DNA of 63,363 nucleotides, filler included, from Octopus bimaculoides (lineage: Eukaryota), in the NCBI RefSeq assembly GCF_001194135.2. It is 8 parts of 7 records of this genome, joined end to end, with 100 filler letters (N's around TTAATTAATTAA, not from the genome) between each part and the next. Parts side by side here need not be neighbours in the genome. Positions count along the whole stretch, not along the records: positions 28,172 to 49,567 come from NC_068997.1; 7 more parts are not named here. The stretch is one strand, 5' to 3'. The notes beneath the pieces are model-generated. The model was not told where the DNA came from and did not search any database. It saw nothing but the letters and a program-made list of their open reading frames with translations. Shown here piece after piece: positions 37,605 through 49,567 of this stretch (positions within the stretch are counted from its first letter, which is position 1; each line of letters begins with the position of its first letter). A program made the position numbers and the translations under genes.

Positions 37605-39260
37605 TTTCTTTATAGCTTTAGCACAGATTCAGCAATTTTAGGGGGCAGGGCAAGTCGATAACATTGACCCTCTATGTTTGATTGGTATTTCATTCTATCG
37701 GTCCCGAAAGGATGAAAAACAAAGCTGACCTGAGTGGGATTTGAACTGAGAACGTAAAGAACAGAAAGAAATGCCACTAAGCTAAGGATTCTGCCAGCTC
37801 ACCACATTTGGCAATAATAATGATGCATTCTAACAAACACTTAGCTATACATTTTCGAGGATCAATCCCAGTATTTGACTGGTGTTTATTTTAACGACTT
37901 CGAATGAATAAAAGGAAAAGTCGATCTCTAGCGACTCAGATGGGTATGTTATCAAAAAGAGCAGAGAGTATGTCATGACGACACCACGAATGCAATAAAA
38001 CAGGTGGAAGAGCAAAAACTCATGAAATCTTTCAAGGAAAGGAAAACATTTTAGTTTAGAATTAGTTATGAACATACTTTTGACAGCATACCGGTTATTG
38101 TAGACATAATAGATAATCAGAGTAGCCGTGATACAACAAGATTTAGTAAATTTAATAAGACGATGTTAACACCACCCAAAACGGTGAGCTGGCAGAATCG
38201 TTAGCACGCCGGGCGAAATACTTAGCAGTATTTCGTCTGCCGTTACGCTCTGAGTTCAAATTCCGCCGAGGTCGACTTTGCCTTTCATCCTTTCAGGGTC
38301 GATTAAATAAGTACCAGTTATGTACTGGAGTCTATGTAATTGACTCAATCCCTTTGTCCTTGTTTGTCCCCTCTATGTTTAGCCCCCCGTGGGCAATAAA
38401 GAAATAAATCGTATGCACGCCGGGCATTTCGTCAGTCTTCAAGTTCTGAGTTCAAATCCCGTCGAGGTCGTCTTTGCCTGTCATCCTTTCGGTGTCAATA
38501 GAATAGGTATCAACTGAGTACTGGAGTTGATATAATCGACTTTTCCTCCAACAAACTTGCTGGCCTTATGCCAAAATTTGAAACCAATATGGTAATTCTG
38601 CCCATTGAAAGATTAATTTTTCAGTGGGGATCTGTATCCAAATTACCAATTTGCTTGGTTCTAATATTGGTTTCAAATTTTAGAACAAGGCCAGCAATTT
38701 CGTGGGAGGGAGGGAGGCTGGTACTTATTTTATCAAGGACGAAAGGCAAAGTCAATTTCGGCGGAATTTGAACCCAGAACGTAAAGACGGACGGAATACC
38801 GCTAAGCTCCTTACCCGGTGTGCTCACGATTCTGCGAGCTCGCCGCCTTGCTATGGGCAAAATATTTCTTTCTACTAAAGGTATAAGGCCTGAAATTTTA
38901 GTGGAGGGGACTAGTCAATTACATCGATCCTAGTGCTCGACTGGCACTTACCTTATCGATCCCGAAAGGATGAAGAACAAAGTCAACCTCGGTGCGGTAA
39001 CGATTCGGCCAGCTCGCCGAGTTAATTTATATCTTGATGTTGAATGCATCTACTGCAGTCGATATTAATGTCTTATAAGGCGGCAAGCTAGCAGAATCGT
39101 TAGTATGCTGGAGAAAATGTTTAGCGGCGTCGACTTTACCTTTCATCTTTGCGGGATCAAAAAAAAAAAAAGAACCCAAACACCAGTTAAGTACTGAAGG
39201 TACTTGACTAGCCCACCACTGACCTTCTCAAAATTTCCGGCCTTGTGCCCATATTAGAAA
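37605..39260. mobile_element. Dense SINE family B cluster, both orientations
   Basis: Copies at ~37605-37810(-), 37850-37930(-), 38182-38406(+), 38410-38590(+), 38660-38850(-), 38870-39020(-), 39070-39260(+). Confidence 0.85.
38182..38406 (+). mobile_element. SINE family B variant with an alternative, Tx1-like 3' tail
   Basis: Standard head and body, then TTGTCCCCTCTATGTTTAGCCCCCCGTGGGCAATAAAGAAATA instead of the usual GGCCTTGTGCC..GAAAGGATT tail. Confidence 0.75.
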
Positions 39261-40379
39261 GCGATATTCACGTCTTGTGGTTGTTTTCCCTAGTGGCCTA
39301 GTATTTTACTTATCTTGCCAGAATTTATTTCTGCCTTTAGTTCGTAACGTTTGAGTCATTGTTAGCCTATTATTCTTCCCTTTACCCAGTTTTGTTGGAC
39401 AGTCAGCATAGAATGAGTAGCTCGTCTCTTCACGTTTTCTTTAATACATTTTTGAATACTTCTCTCTCCTGCTCTTCAAGGGGAGGGGGAATTTTTACGT
39501 CTTTACCGACTTTCTTCTCATTGTATTTGAATTTAATCTGTTTCTTTATAGAGTGTATCGTTTCTGTTATCCTATTATGCTAATCACCCTAACTTTTTTC
39601 CCGAGTATTATCTAGAACCACTGTGATTTCACTTAGTAAACGACACATCTTCCTGATGTACTTGATACAATATATTTAATTTACATCAGATTTCCGATAG
39701 TGTATTCAGAATGAAGTCAATAATTTTCTGGTCTTTCTATTCAAGATATTCGGTTCACTTAACTCATAATATATTACATTGAATCTATAGTTTTCATAAG
39801 TAGAAAAGTTATTACATTTATACCTATTATCTTATTTCTGACACTGGGTTATAATTTAATAGTAGTCATATTAGCATTTTTTAATATACTCTGTATCATA
39901 TCCTGTCTATTCACCCAACTTCTAATTGTTAGACTGGTGTTTTTGGGTATCTAAATATAATTTATGTTTGAATTCGTCGGCTTTAGCACATAAATATAAT
40001 CCTCATATTCACTTTTTATGAAAATACAATTCACGTACATTTAGGATGCTTTTCAACTGGCTGTTGTTATTACTATAATGTTTAAATCGTCCATTTATAG
40101 TGAGTGGTTAATATTTTGCCAATAACAACGCGAAAGAGCTGCCAGAATCATTAGCAGGCTGGGTAAAATACTCAGTGGCATTTCATCCGTCTTTACGTTC
40201 TGAGTTCAAGCCCCACCTACATCGACTTTGCCTTTCTCTTTCGGAATCGATAAAATAAGCACCCGTTAAGTACTAGGATCGATTTGATCGACCTACCCCT
40301 CTCCCGAAATTGCTGGCTTTGAGTCAAAATTTGAAACCAACATCAAGAAATACAAAATATTTCGCTTTTACATTTCTAG

Positions 40380-42006
40380 TTGTAAAGTTAAGATATACTC
40401 ACAATCGTGAGAGATGGGGAAGATGCATCTTTTGACCAATATAACATCATTTTCATGTCCAAATTGAAAATATGGTGCATGACAATGCTAAAGCTACTAC
40501 AATCTAGATTATGTTAGATCGAACTGAATAACAAATCAAGGCCTATTGCAGAGATTGCTCAAAGAAAGATCTGCGCATTGAAATAGAGACCTCAATTCCT
40601 TCCAAATAAAATGTCGTATGCAAGGCGGTAAAGCGTTTGCGAACAACTGTTAATTGAAACTATATATTGGAAACAGTATGAAAAGTGTTTATTAGGAGAA
40701 AAAAAAGGGGGGGGGGAGATAACTCGATCGGGCCAATAACAAAAATTAAGATGTTATGTACGGTATGATGTAGAAAAAGGAACCTGAAACTTTTTTTTAG
40801 AGAAAGAAAACTAAAAACAAGCAGGAGATAGCGATTAGTTTTTATCAATATCTACGATTATTTTTGTCAATTGACAAAATATGTTACACAGAGTTTTAAC
40901 CAGAAGTAATTAGAAAAAGTAAAATGAGCTGACGGTAATACCTCAAGCGGATGAATAACATGAAATTAGAGGAATTATGGGTGATCTACGGAATGACGTA
41001 CGCAAATAAAAAACAACAAAAAACAAAATCAAAGAATATCTCAATTAATCTAAATTCCCCTCTTAGTAGGAGAAAGAAAACAGAAAGCTAGCTCTGTTAA
41101 CAATACTCAATGAAAAGGGGAAACAATTAAAAAAAATTGAATACTTTACGTGCTATGCTGAAGAGGTTCAATAAAATCAAAAAAGTTTGATAGTTGTCTC
41201 CTTACCTCTAAGCATGTAAATAAATTTTGTAAAATTAATTCTAAATTTTTCAAATTATCTCCTTTTTTTCTCTGTGTACTCACTATTATCGCTACGTTTT
41301 TTATTCCTTTCTCCAACTATAAAACGAACGATGAAGAAGGAACATTATAAACGTATCAGAACTAAATGCTGAAAGTATAAAACGAAAAAACACAAAGTAT
41401 GAGGTACAAGTATTCTATCTGTTTCAATAATAGATGATAGTAATAAATCTCTTTAAAAAATGTTTGGGAGAAAAGTAAGAATATAATTCTGTACTTGAGC
41501 ACTATATATATAAAAAAACTTGAATATGGTGGAAGTTGATACAAAAAATCTCAGCATTAATTAAAGAGCATAGGACTCAAAGGTGAGTCCAAAGGACTTT
41601 TGACTGTGACACACAATCAAAACCTTCCCAATAGAAATCATTAAAATCATGTGAACAAGCAGAATATTTGAAATAATGACAAGGCATCTGGAGGTATGGA
41701 AGAAACAATTAAACATATTGTCTCTGGGTATCCACTCTTAGTTAAGACAGATTATATCTAGAGATATAACAGAGTCGGGATCTCCATACGGTTGAAATTA
41801 TGTTAGTATACTGAAGCATTAACTGAAAAAGGTCTCCGAGAATGAAAAACGACCATACTCAAAAAAAAAAAAAATGCCTATCCACAAGAACACAGAAATT
41901 AAGACTAATCGACGAAATATTCTTCTCAAGTACCTCCAGGTTGAAGTATCGGTCCCAGTAAGCTACGACATCGCTTATGAATTAAGAGAAAATTTCCAAG
42001 CATATA
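40380..42006 (+). pseudogene. Decayed R4/Dong-like LINE, left part (interrupted by mariner at TA 42005-42006)
   Basis: GLKGESKG, EETIKHIVSGYPLLVKTDYI*RYNRV (CCHC region, cf. EETIDHIVSGCPILAKTEYI.RHDRV), MPIHKNTEIKTNRRNI, EKISK; left boundary approximate. Confidence 0.75.
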
Positions 42007-42380
42007 TCTGGTCATCCCATAAATAATAGGATTTTTAAAATACTTCTTTTATTTTTTAAAATTAAGATGAACAACATTCTTTTTTCATCTGAAATATACT
42101 CTCCTTCATTTTCTACAATGCTCTTCCATCTATCTGGTAGACTTGCAAGGCTCCTCTTCCAAAATTCACTTATTCGTGACGAAAATACTCCTTCAGTACT
42201 GTTTTGACCACGTTACAGAATTCATATTTTTTCCGTCCATTTTGAAGACTACGGAATAAATGATGATCAGATGGGGCAATGTCCGGCGAATATGGTGGGT
42301 GAGGGCATCGTTTCCCATTCAAACTGCTCCAGCCTTTGGAATGTCATCCTCGCTATATGTGACTGAGTATTATTCTAATG
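42007..42380 (-). mobile_element. Mariner (DD34D) 3' end with TIR, runs into a gap
   Basis: TA then TCTGGTCATCCCATAAATAAT TIR; minus strand encodes HPPYSPDIAPSDHHLFRSLQN. Confidence 0.9.
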
Positions 42381-42916
42381 NNNNNNNNNNNNNNNNNNNN
42401 NNNNNNNNNNNNNNNNNNNNNNNNNNNNNNNNNNNNNNNNNNNNNNNNNNNNNNNNNNNNNNNNNNNNNNNNNNNNNNNNNNNNNNNNNNNNNNNNNNNN
42501 NNNNNNNNNNNNNNNNNNNNNNNNNNNNNNNNNNNNNNNNNNNNNNNNNNNNNNNNNNNNNNNNNNNNNNNNNNNNNNNNNNNNNNNNNNNNNNNNNNNN
42601 NNNNNNNNNNNNNNNNNNNNNNNNNNNNNNNNNNNNNNNNNNNNNNNNNNNNNNNNNNNNNNNNNNNNNNNNNNNNNNNNNNNNNNNNNNNNNNNNNNNN
42701 NNNNNNNNNNNNNNNNNNNNNNNNNNNNNNNNNNNNNNNNNNNNNNNNNNNNNNNNNNNNNNNNNNNNNNNNNNNNNNNNNNNNNNNNNNNNNNNNNNNN
42801 NNNNNNNNNNNNNNNNNNNNNNNNNNNNNNNNNNNNNNNNNNNNNNNNNNNNNNNNNNNNNNNNNNNNNNNNNNNNNNNNNNNNNNNNNNNNNNNNNNNN
42901 NNNNNNNNNNNNNNNN

Positions 42917-42957
<41 letters not shown>

Positions 42958-42961
42958 AATA

Positions 42962-43824
42962 CGCGGTCTGATCAATAAGTATCCGGTCTGTTGCCATAGT
43001 AACGAAGCTAAGGCACGCAAAGTGAAGCTGCTTGACACAGATTGATCTTGAACTCTGCTGTGCATGCACACTAAGTTTTAATGTTTTATCTCACTTCGGC
43101 AGCTTACAGCAGTGCTTAGAAGGAAGGAGTGCAGCGTGTGATCGTTGCAATGACCATGACAGAGAAAGCTGAGCAGAGAATCTGCTTCAAAGTTTAACAA
43201 AAGCTTGGCGATACCTGTTCAGGGGCCTACGCAAAGTTTCAAAAAGTTTTCATTGTTCTCGATACAATCACGGAGATCTTGAGCAACTGAAACCCGAGTG
43301 TCTTTTTGGTCAGCAGAAAGCAGTTTTGAAACAAACTTGGCAGACATGCGTCTCATACCCAAATCTTCAGTGATAATGGACTGAACTGGACCATAACTAA
43401 TCTGCACATCCTCTGATAACTCACGGATGGTGATTCGACGATTTCCCCACACAGCTGCACGCACATCTGCGATGTTTTTCTCAGTTCTGCTAGTTGCGGG
43501 TCTCTAAGAACGTTCATCGATATCGACATTTTTCTGCCATCTTGGAAACGTCGGAACCACTCGTACGCTTGTATGCGCCTCATACACTCCTCTCCATACA
43601 CTTTCTGCAACTTTGCGGAGGCCTCTGAGCAGGTATCGCCATCACAACTTTCTCTGTCATGGTCAATGAGACGATCACACGCTACACACCTTCCTTCCAA
43701 GCACCGCTGAAAATAGTGTGCATGCACAGCAGTGTTCAAGATTAATCTGTGTTGAGCGGCTTCATTCTGTATGCATTAGCTTCATTACTATGGCAAATCT
43801 CCGGATACTTACTGATCAGACCTA

Positions 43825-43825
<1 letters not shown>
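42962..43825. mobile_element. Fold-back mariner of a second family (two 5' ends)
   Basis: TA flanks; termini CGCGGTCTGATCAATAAGTATCCGG vs CTAGGTCTGATCAGTAAGTATCCGG (22/25); transposase N-terminus on + (MTEKAEQRICFK) and on - (KLQKVYGEECM..YEWFRRFQDGR; RRITIRELSEDVQISYG..SAKFVSKLL). Confidence 0.85.
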
Positions 43826-43864
<39 letters not shown>

Positions 43865-44859
43865 NNNNNNNNNNNNNNNNNNNNNNNNNNNNNNNNNNNN
43901 NNNNNNNNNNNNNNNNNNNNNNNNNNNNNNNNNNNNNNNNNNNNNNNNNNNNNNNNNNNNNNNNNNNNNNNNNNNNNNNNNNNNNNNNNNNNNNNNNNNN
44001 NNNNNNNNNNNNNNNNNNNNNNNNNNNNNNNNNNNNNNNNNNNNNNNNNNNNNNNNNNNNNNNNNNNNNNNNNNNNNNNNNNNNNNNNNNNNNNNNNNNN
44101 NNNNNNNNNNNNNNNNNNNNNNNNNNNNNNNNNNNNNNNNNNNNNNNNNNNNNNNNNNNNNNNNNNNNNNNNNNNNNNNNNNNNNNNNNNNNNNNNNNNN
44201 NNNNNNNNNNNNNNNNNNNNNNNNNNNNNNNNNNNNNNNNNNNNNNNNNNNNNNNNNNNNNNNNNNNNNNNNNNNNNNNNNNNNNNNNNNNNNNNNNNNN
44301 NNNNNNNNNNNNNNNNNNNNNNNNNNNNNNNNNNNNNNNNNNNNNNNNNNNNNNNNNNNNNNNNNNNNNNNNNNNNNNNNNNNNNNNNNNNNNNNNNNNN
44401 NNNNNNNNNNNNNNNNNNNNNNNNNNNNNNNNNNNNNNNNNNNNNNNNNNNNNNNNNNNNNNNNNNNNNNNNNNNNNNNNNNNNNNNNNNNNNNNNNNNN
44501 NNNNNNNNNNNNNNNNNNNNNNNNNNNNNNNNNNNNNNNNNNNNNNNNNNNNNNNNNNNNNNNNNNNNNNNNNNNNNNNNNNNNNNNNNNNNNNNNNNNN
44601 NNNNNNNNNNNNNNNNNNNNNNNNNNNNNNNNNNNNNNNNNNNNNNNNNNNNNNNNNNNNNNNNNNNNNNNNNNNNNNNNNNNNNNNNNNNNNNNNNNNN
44701 NNNNNNNNNNNNNNNNNNNNNNNNNNNNNNNNNNNNNNNNNNNNNNNNNNNNNNNNNNNNNNNNNNNNNNNNNNNNNNNNNNNNNNNNNNNNNNNNNNNN
44801 NNNNNNNNNNNNNNNNNNNNNNNNNNNNNNNNNNNNNNNNNNNNNNNNNNNNNNNNNNN

Positions 44860-44930
<71 letters not shown>

Positions 44931-45052
44931 ACACACACACACACGTGCAAACGCGCAGATATAAACATACAAAGAGTGACATTGTACCTTTAAATATAAA
45001 TTATATTTTTATCGCTCCAACAGAAAGTTAAATGCATACATAAATACACACA

Positions 45053-45148
45053 CACGCACGCGCTTGCACACGCACGCGCTTGCACACGCACGCGCTTGCA
45101 CACGCACGCGCTTGCACACGCACGCGCTTGCACACACACGCGCTTGCA
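45053..45148. repeat. 16-bp minisatellite CACGCACGCGCTTGCA x6
   Basis: Five exact units plus one variant, embedded in (CA)n. Confidence 0.95.
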
Positions 45149-46455
45149 CACACACACACACATATTTAGACAAACCCGCGCGTACACACACATAATGCAT
45201 AAATTATTCCTGTTAAGACAAATGGTCACATATACAATTAGTCTCAGCCACTCTCGTAAATGCATGTACATAGACACACTTAAAAGAAATGCGTAAACTA
45301 TACATCAAGCAGAATTTTGTCAGCTATACCATGTCATCGGGCAATTTATAAATATCCTATTGTTTAATATCTCATCACTTACAATTCAATAATACATACA
45401 TGTGCACACACGCAGACACAAATATACACAAACGTACCTATATGTTAATGCTTGTTTTTATGTTAAGTTTTATGTGATGTGTATGGTGTTGAGTATATAA
45501 CGATTACTTTACATATAAATACACACGCACACACATATATATCATCTAAATATATATATGCGAACATGCACGTATACATATGTACATATGTGTTTAGGTA
45601 TATATGTATGTACTTGTGTACGTATACATGCCTATATATATATATATATATNNNNNNNNNNNNNNNNNNNNNNNNNNNNNNNNNNNNNNNNNNNNNNNNN
45701 NNNNNNNNNNNNNNNNNNNNNNNNNNNNNNNNNNNNNNNNNNNNNNNNNNNNNNNNNNNNNNNNNNNNNNNNNNNNNNNNNNNNNNNNNNNNNNNNNNNN
45801 NNNNNNNNNNNNNNNNNNNNNNNNNNNNNNNNNNNNNNNNNNNNNNNNNNNNNNNNNNNNNNNNNNNNNNNNNNNNNNNNNNNNNNNNNNNNNNNNNNNN
45901 NNNNNNNNNNNNNNNNNNNNNNNNNNNNNNNNNNNNNNNNNNNNNNNNNNNNNNNNNNNNNNNNNNNNNNNNNNNNNNNNNNNNNNNNNNNNNNNNNNNN
46001 NNNNNNNNNNNNNNNNNNNNNNNNNNNNNNNNNNNNNNNNNNNNNNNNNNNNNNNNNNNNNNNNNNNNNNNNNNNNNNNNNNNNNNNNNNNNNNNNNNNN
46101 NNNNNNNNNNNNNNNNNNNNNNNNNNNNNNNNNNNNNNNNNNNNNNNNNNNNNNNNNNNNNNNNNNNNNNNNNNNNNNNNNNNNNNNNNNNNNNNNNNNN
46201 NNNNNNNNNNNNNNNNNNNNNNNNNNNNNNNNNNNNNNNNNNNNNNNNNNNNNNNNNNNNNNNNNNNNNNNNNNNNNNNNNNNNNNNNNNNNNNNNNNNN
46301 NNNNNNNNNNNNNNNNNNNNNNNNNNNNNNNNNNNNNNNNNNNNNNNNNNNNNNNNNNNNNNNNNNNNNNNNNNNNNNNNNNNNNNNNNNNNNNNNNNNN
46401 NNNNNNNNNNNNNNNNNNNNNNNNNNNNNNNNNNNNNNNNNNNNNNNNNNNNNNN

Positions 46456-47112
46456 GTGACGAAAATACTCCTTCAGTACTGTTTTGACCACGTTACAGAA
46501 TTCATATTTTTTCCGTCCATTTTGAAGACTACGGAATAAATGATGATCAGATGGGGCAATGTCCGGCGAATATGGTGGGTGGGAGCATCGTTTCCCATTC
46601 AAACTGCTCCAGCCTTTGGAATGTCATCCTCGCTATATGTGGCTGAGCATTATCCTAATGGAAGAACACCTTTCGTCTTGAAACCAAAGAAGGTCGTTTT
46701 TCTACAAGAGCTGGTGTCGATGAATGGTTGAATGTCTTCCAGGACGAGGCTCATCTTCTAGGATGTAGTTTCCAGCTTGGAATTTCTGGAACCACCATTG
46801 ACATTGGCTTACGCTTATTGTCCGATCCCCATATACTGCATTAATGTTTCTCGCATTTTCCGTCGCGTTGTTGCCTTTATTGAACTCATAAAGCAAAATA
46901 TAGCGAATATGCTCTTTTGTAACTTCTATTATAGTTTTGAAAAAATAACTGCTAAAATCGAACTGCACTCTTCAAAACTTGCACCGTGAATAAGGACAAG
47001 GTAAAATTATTACCTGCTTTTGTAGCTAGTTGATGCAGGTAGTTTATCCCGTCCCTCTCCGACTTTTAGTCCATGCATTTCAAAAAGCTGCATTATTTAT
47101 GGGATGATCCAA
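46456..47112 (-). mobile_element. Internally deleted mariner, 5' TIR retained
   Basis: EVTKEHIRYILLYEFNKGNNAT..WFQKFQAGNYILEDEPRPGR (HTH); FFH*DNAQPH and HPPYSPDIAPSD; first catalytic Asp region missing; TIR ends 47112 followed by TA. Confidence 0.9.
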
Positions 47113-47514
47113 TATATATATAACAGCATATGGATAATGGTTGATTCATTACAGCTGTTTCCAACGAATTTTTTACTTGATGACCAGAGATATTACATCA
47201 TGTGAAAATAACCGTTTTTATTAGGTGAATATACACGAATTACACTTTTAAAACAGTCCCAAAAGTCACCAGTTTGTGTTATTTCATGATGACCTGACAA
47301 GCAATAGTCAAGGTGTGTTCCTAAATAGAGCCTTGAGATTCATAATATACTCAGTCGGGTGCAGTTAATCGTATATACAACCGGCATAATAATCTGTCTA
47401 TACGTTGGTATGTAGGTATTTACTTTTATGCTTTCGTAATATACATAATCCCCTTTATTTAACCTGACCCAGTGGTTTACCATTTCAGTACTTGATTCAC
47501 TTGAATCCTGAACT

Positions 47515-47551
<37 letters not shown>

Positions 47552-47553
<2 letters not shown>

Positions 47554-47640
47554 CAAGTTGGTGCAGGTATTTTATCCAGTCCTTCTCGGACTTTTAGTCC
47601 ATGCAATTGAAGAAACCGCATTATTTATGGGATGATTCAA
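47552..47640 (-). mobile_element. Mariner 5' terminus (TIR + leader) after (TA)n
   Basis: Homologous to 47023-47112; GCATTATTTATGGGATGATTCAA then TA at 47641-47642. Confidence 0.85.
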
Positions 47641-47800
47641 TATCTATGGAAATAGATATGACTTGAATGTGGGAATCAAAAGCAGTAACAACTAAAGAAC
47701 AAGTGATTTGAGAATGATGAAAATTGAAGCTGACAAATACCCCCCTAAATCCCCATCATATACATGTATACCACAAAATAATATGTGCAGCGCTCAGTAA
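47641..47800 (+). pseudogene. Continuation of the R4/Dong-like LINE from 40380-42006
   Basis: SMEIDMT*MWESKAVT..LRMMKIEADKY (cf. DLEIEI.RMW.LKAVT..LGMIKKGADKY) resumes directly after the TIR and TA. Confidence 0.7.
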
Positions 47801-49240
47801 TGTGATGAAAACAACACAACTAAGCCATTCATGTATAGCAGGTTAAATACCTAAGCAAGAGACTGTACGTATCCAAGCTGTACATAACCACATTCGGTTG
47901 CCCAATAAAAAAAGTAAGATAAAATTATAATTGCCACCAGAGCAAAAGCTGTGATAAATGTATCTACGATGATATATCCAAAGTGATAGCAAATAATTAT
48001 TTACATAAATTAAGGCAGTGAGTTAGCAGAATCGTTCTGTGTTCAAATGCTGCTCGTGTCGATTTTTGCCTTTCATCCTTTTTGAATCGATAAAATAAGT
48101 ATCAGTTGAACACTGGGGTCAATGTAATCGACTTACCCTCTACCCCGAAACTGCTGACCAAATGCCAAAATTTGAAAGAAACATTTACATAAATTTACTT
48201 ATTTATGTATATTTCTTTCTGTATGTGCAGACACTTAGAAAGAATGTGCATGTGTGTATGTGTATATGCGTTTTATGTGAACTTTTTGCATGTATTTACA
48301 TACTCGACAGTAAATATATGTAGGCACCGGTGTATACATACATACATACATACATACATATGTATGTATATATATANNNNNNNNNNNNNNNNNNNNNNNN
48401 NNNNNNNNNNNNNNNNNNNNNNNNNNNNNNNNNNNNNNNNNNNNNNNNNNNNNNNNNNNNNNNNNNNNNNNNNNNNNNNNNNNNNNNNNNNNNNNNNNNN
48501 NNNNNNNNNNNNNNNNNNNNNNNNNNNNNNNNNNNNNNNNNNNNNNNNNNNNNNNNNNNNNNNNNNNNNNNNNNNNNNNNNNNNNNNNNNNNNNNNNNNN
48601 NNNNNNNNNNNNNNNNNNNNNNNNNNNNNNNNNNNNNNNNNNNNNNNNNNNNNNNNNNNNNNNNNNNNNNNNNNNNNNNNNNNNNNNNNNNNNNNNNNNN
48701 NNNNNNNNNNNNNNNNNNNNNNNNNNNNNNNNNNNNNNNNNNNNNNNNNNNNNNNNNNNNNNNNNNNNNNNNNNNNNNNNNNNNNNNNNNNNNNNNNNNN
48801 NNNNNNNNNNNNNNNNNNNNNNNNNNNNNNNNNNNNNNNNNNNNNNNNNNNNNNNNNNNNNNNNNNNNNNNNNNNNNNNNNNNNNNNNNNNNNNNNNNNN
48901 NNNNNNNNNNNNNNNNNNNNNNNNNNNNNNNNNNNNNNNNNNNNNNNNNNNNNNNNNNNNNNNNNNNNNNNNNNNNNNNNNNNNNNNNNNNNNNNNNNNN
49001 NNNNNNNNNNNNNNNNNNNNNNNNNNNNNNNNNNNNNNNNNNNNNNNNNNNNNNNNNNNNNNNNNNNNNNNNNNNNNNNNNNNNNNNNNNNNNNNNNNNN
49101 NNNNNNNNNNNNNNNNNNNNNNNNNNNNNNNNNNNNNNNNNNNNNNNNNNNNNNNNNNNNNNNNNNNNNNNNNNNNNNNNNNNNNNNNNNNNNNNNNNNN
49201 NNNNNNNNNNNNNNNNNNNNNNNNNNNNNNNNNNNNNNNN

Positions 49241-49567
49241 TTTATACTGCTTTTATTTATCAAAATTAAGATAAACAAAGTTTTCTTTTTTAATTCTCCT
49301 TCATTCTCTACAATTCTCTTCCATCTATCTGGTAGACTTGCAAGGCCCCTCTTCCAAACTTCAGTTATCCGCGACGAAAAGTACTCCTTCAGTACAATCT
49401 GATCTCGTCTACCGAGTTCATATTTTTTTTGTCCAAATGATTTTGAAGACTACGGAATAAATGATGATCAGATGGGGCAATGTCCGGCGAATATGGTGGG
49501 TGGGAGCATCGTTTCCCATTCAAACTGCTCCAGCCTTTGGAATGTCATCCTCGCTATATGTGGCTGA
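49241..49567 (-). mobile_element. Third mariner 3' fragment, gap-bounded
   Basis: Same YSPDIAPSD region; retains SLQNHLD sequence that is deleted in the other two copies. Confidence 0.85.

Noticed and set aside
45053-45148. CRISPR-like array
   Set aside because: Contiguous tandem units without spacers, in a eukaryotic context with no cas genes.
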